A DNA stretch of 64,000 bases from Octopus bimaculoides (Eukaryota): assembly GCF_001194135.2 (NCBI RefSeq), contig NC_068982.1, positions 93,657,171-93,721,170 on the forward strand, in the 5' to 3' direction. Position 1 is the stretch's first letter. Each line of letters starts with the position of its first letter. Shown piece after piece: positions 63,951-64,000 of the stretch. A program made the position numbers and the translations under genes. Below the pieces are notes generated by a model. The model saw nothing but the letters and a program-made list of their open reading frames with translations, did no database searches and was not told the DNA's origin.

Positions 63951-64000
63951 CACACCTAACTAGTTAGATGTATGTAAAGTTCCTAATTCAAAACAGTTCC

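Noticed and set aside
1-64000. CRISPR arrays, tRNA/rRNA genes, prokaryotic operons
   Set aside because: None seen. The tRNA-like boxes are SINE heads, and the tandem repeats have no unique spacers.

Overview
AT-rich eukaryotic genomic DNA with several N gaps. It is dense in microsatellites and old transposon relics. The SINE and RTE repeat families look like those of coleoid cephalopods (Octopus-like); this is inferred from recalled repeat consensus, not from a search. No long intact host ORF is present, and nearly all ORFs in the track are microsatellite, N-run or TE noise. The window reads as the intron-rich body of a + strand transcript: a chain of 24-74 nt candidate exons with good splice signals and largely compatible phases spans 2.6-59.4 kb, and I do not recognise the product. 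TE content includes tRNA-type SINEs, RTE, CR1/L2-like and Penelope-like retroelement pieces, copia-type relics, Helitron and Tc1 fragments, a TTAA-flanked degenerate piggyBac with four derived ~200-bp MITEs, and a long-TIR family with 8-bp TSDs. The best second-look items are the micro-exon chain with a duplicated acceptor that may create an alternative last exon, a full-length U6 pseudogene fused to a SINE head, a minimal hammerhead-ribozyme fold in a Penelope-type end, and the piggyBac master/MITE relationship.
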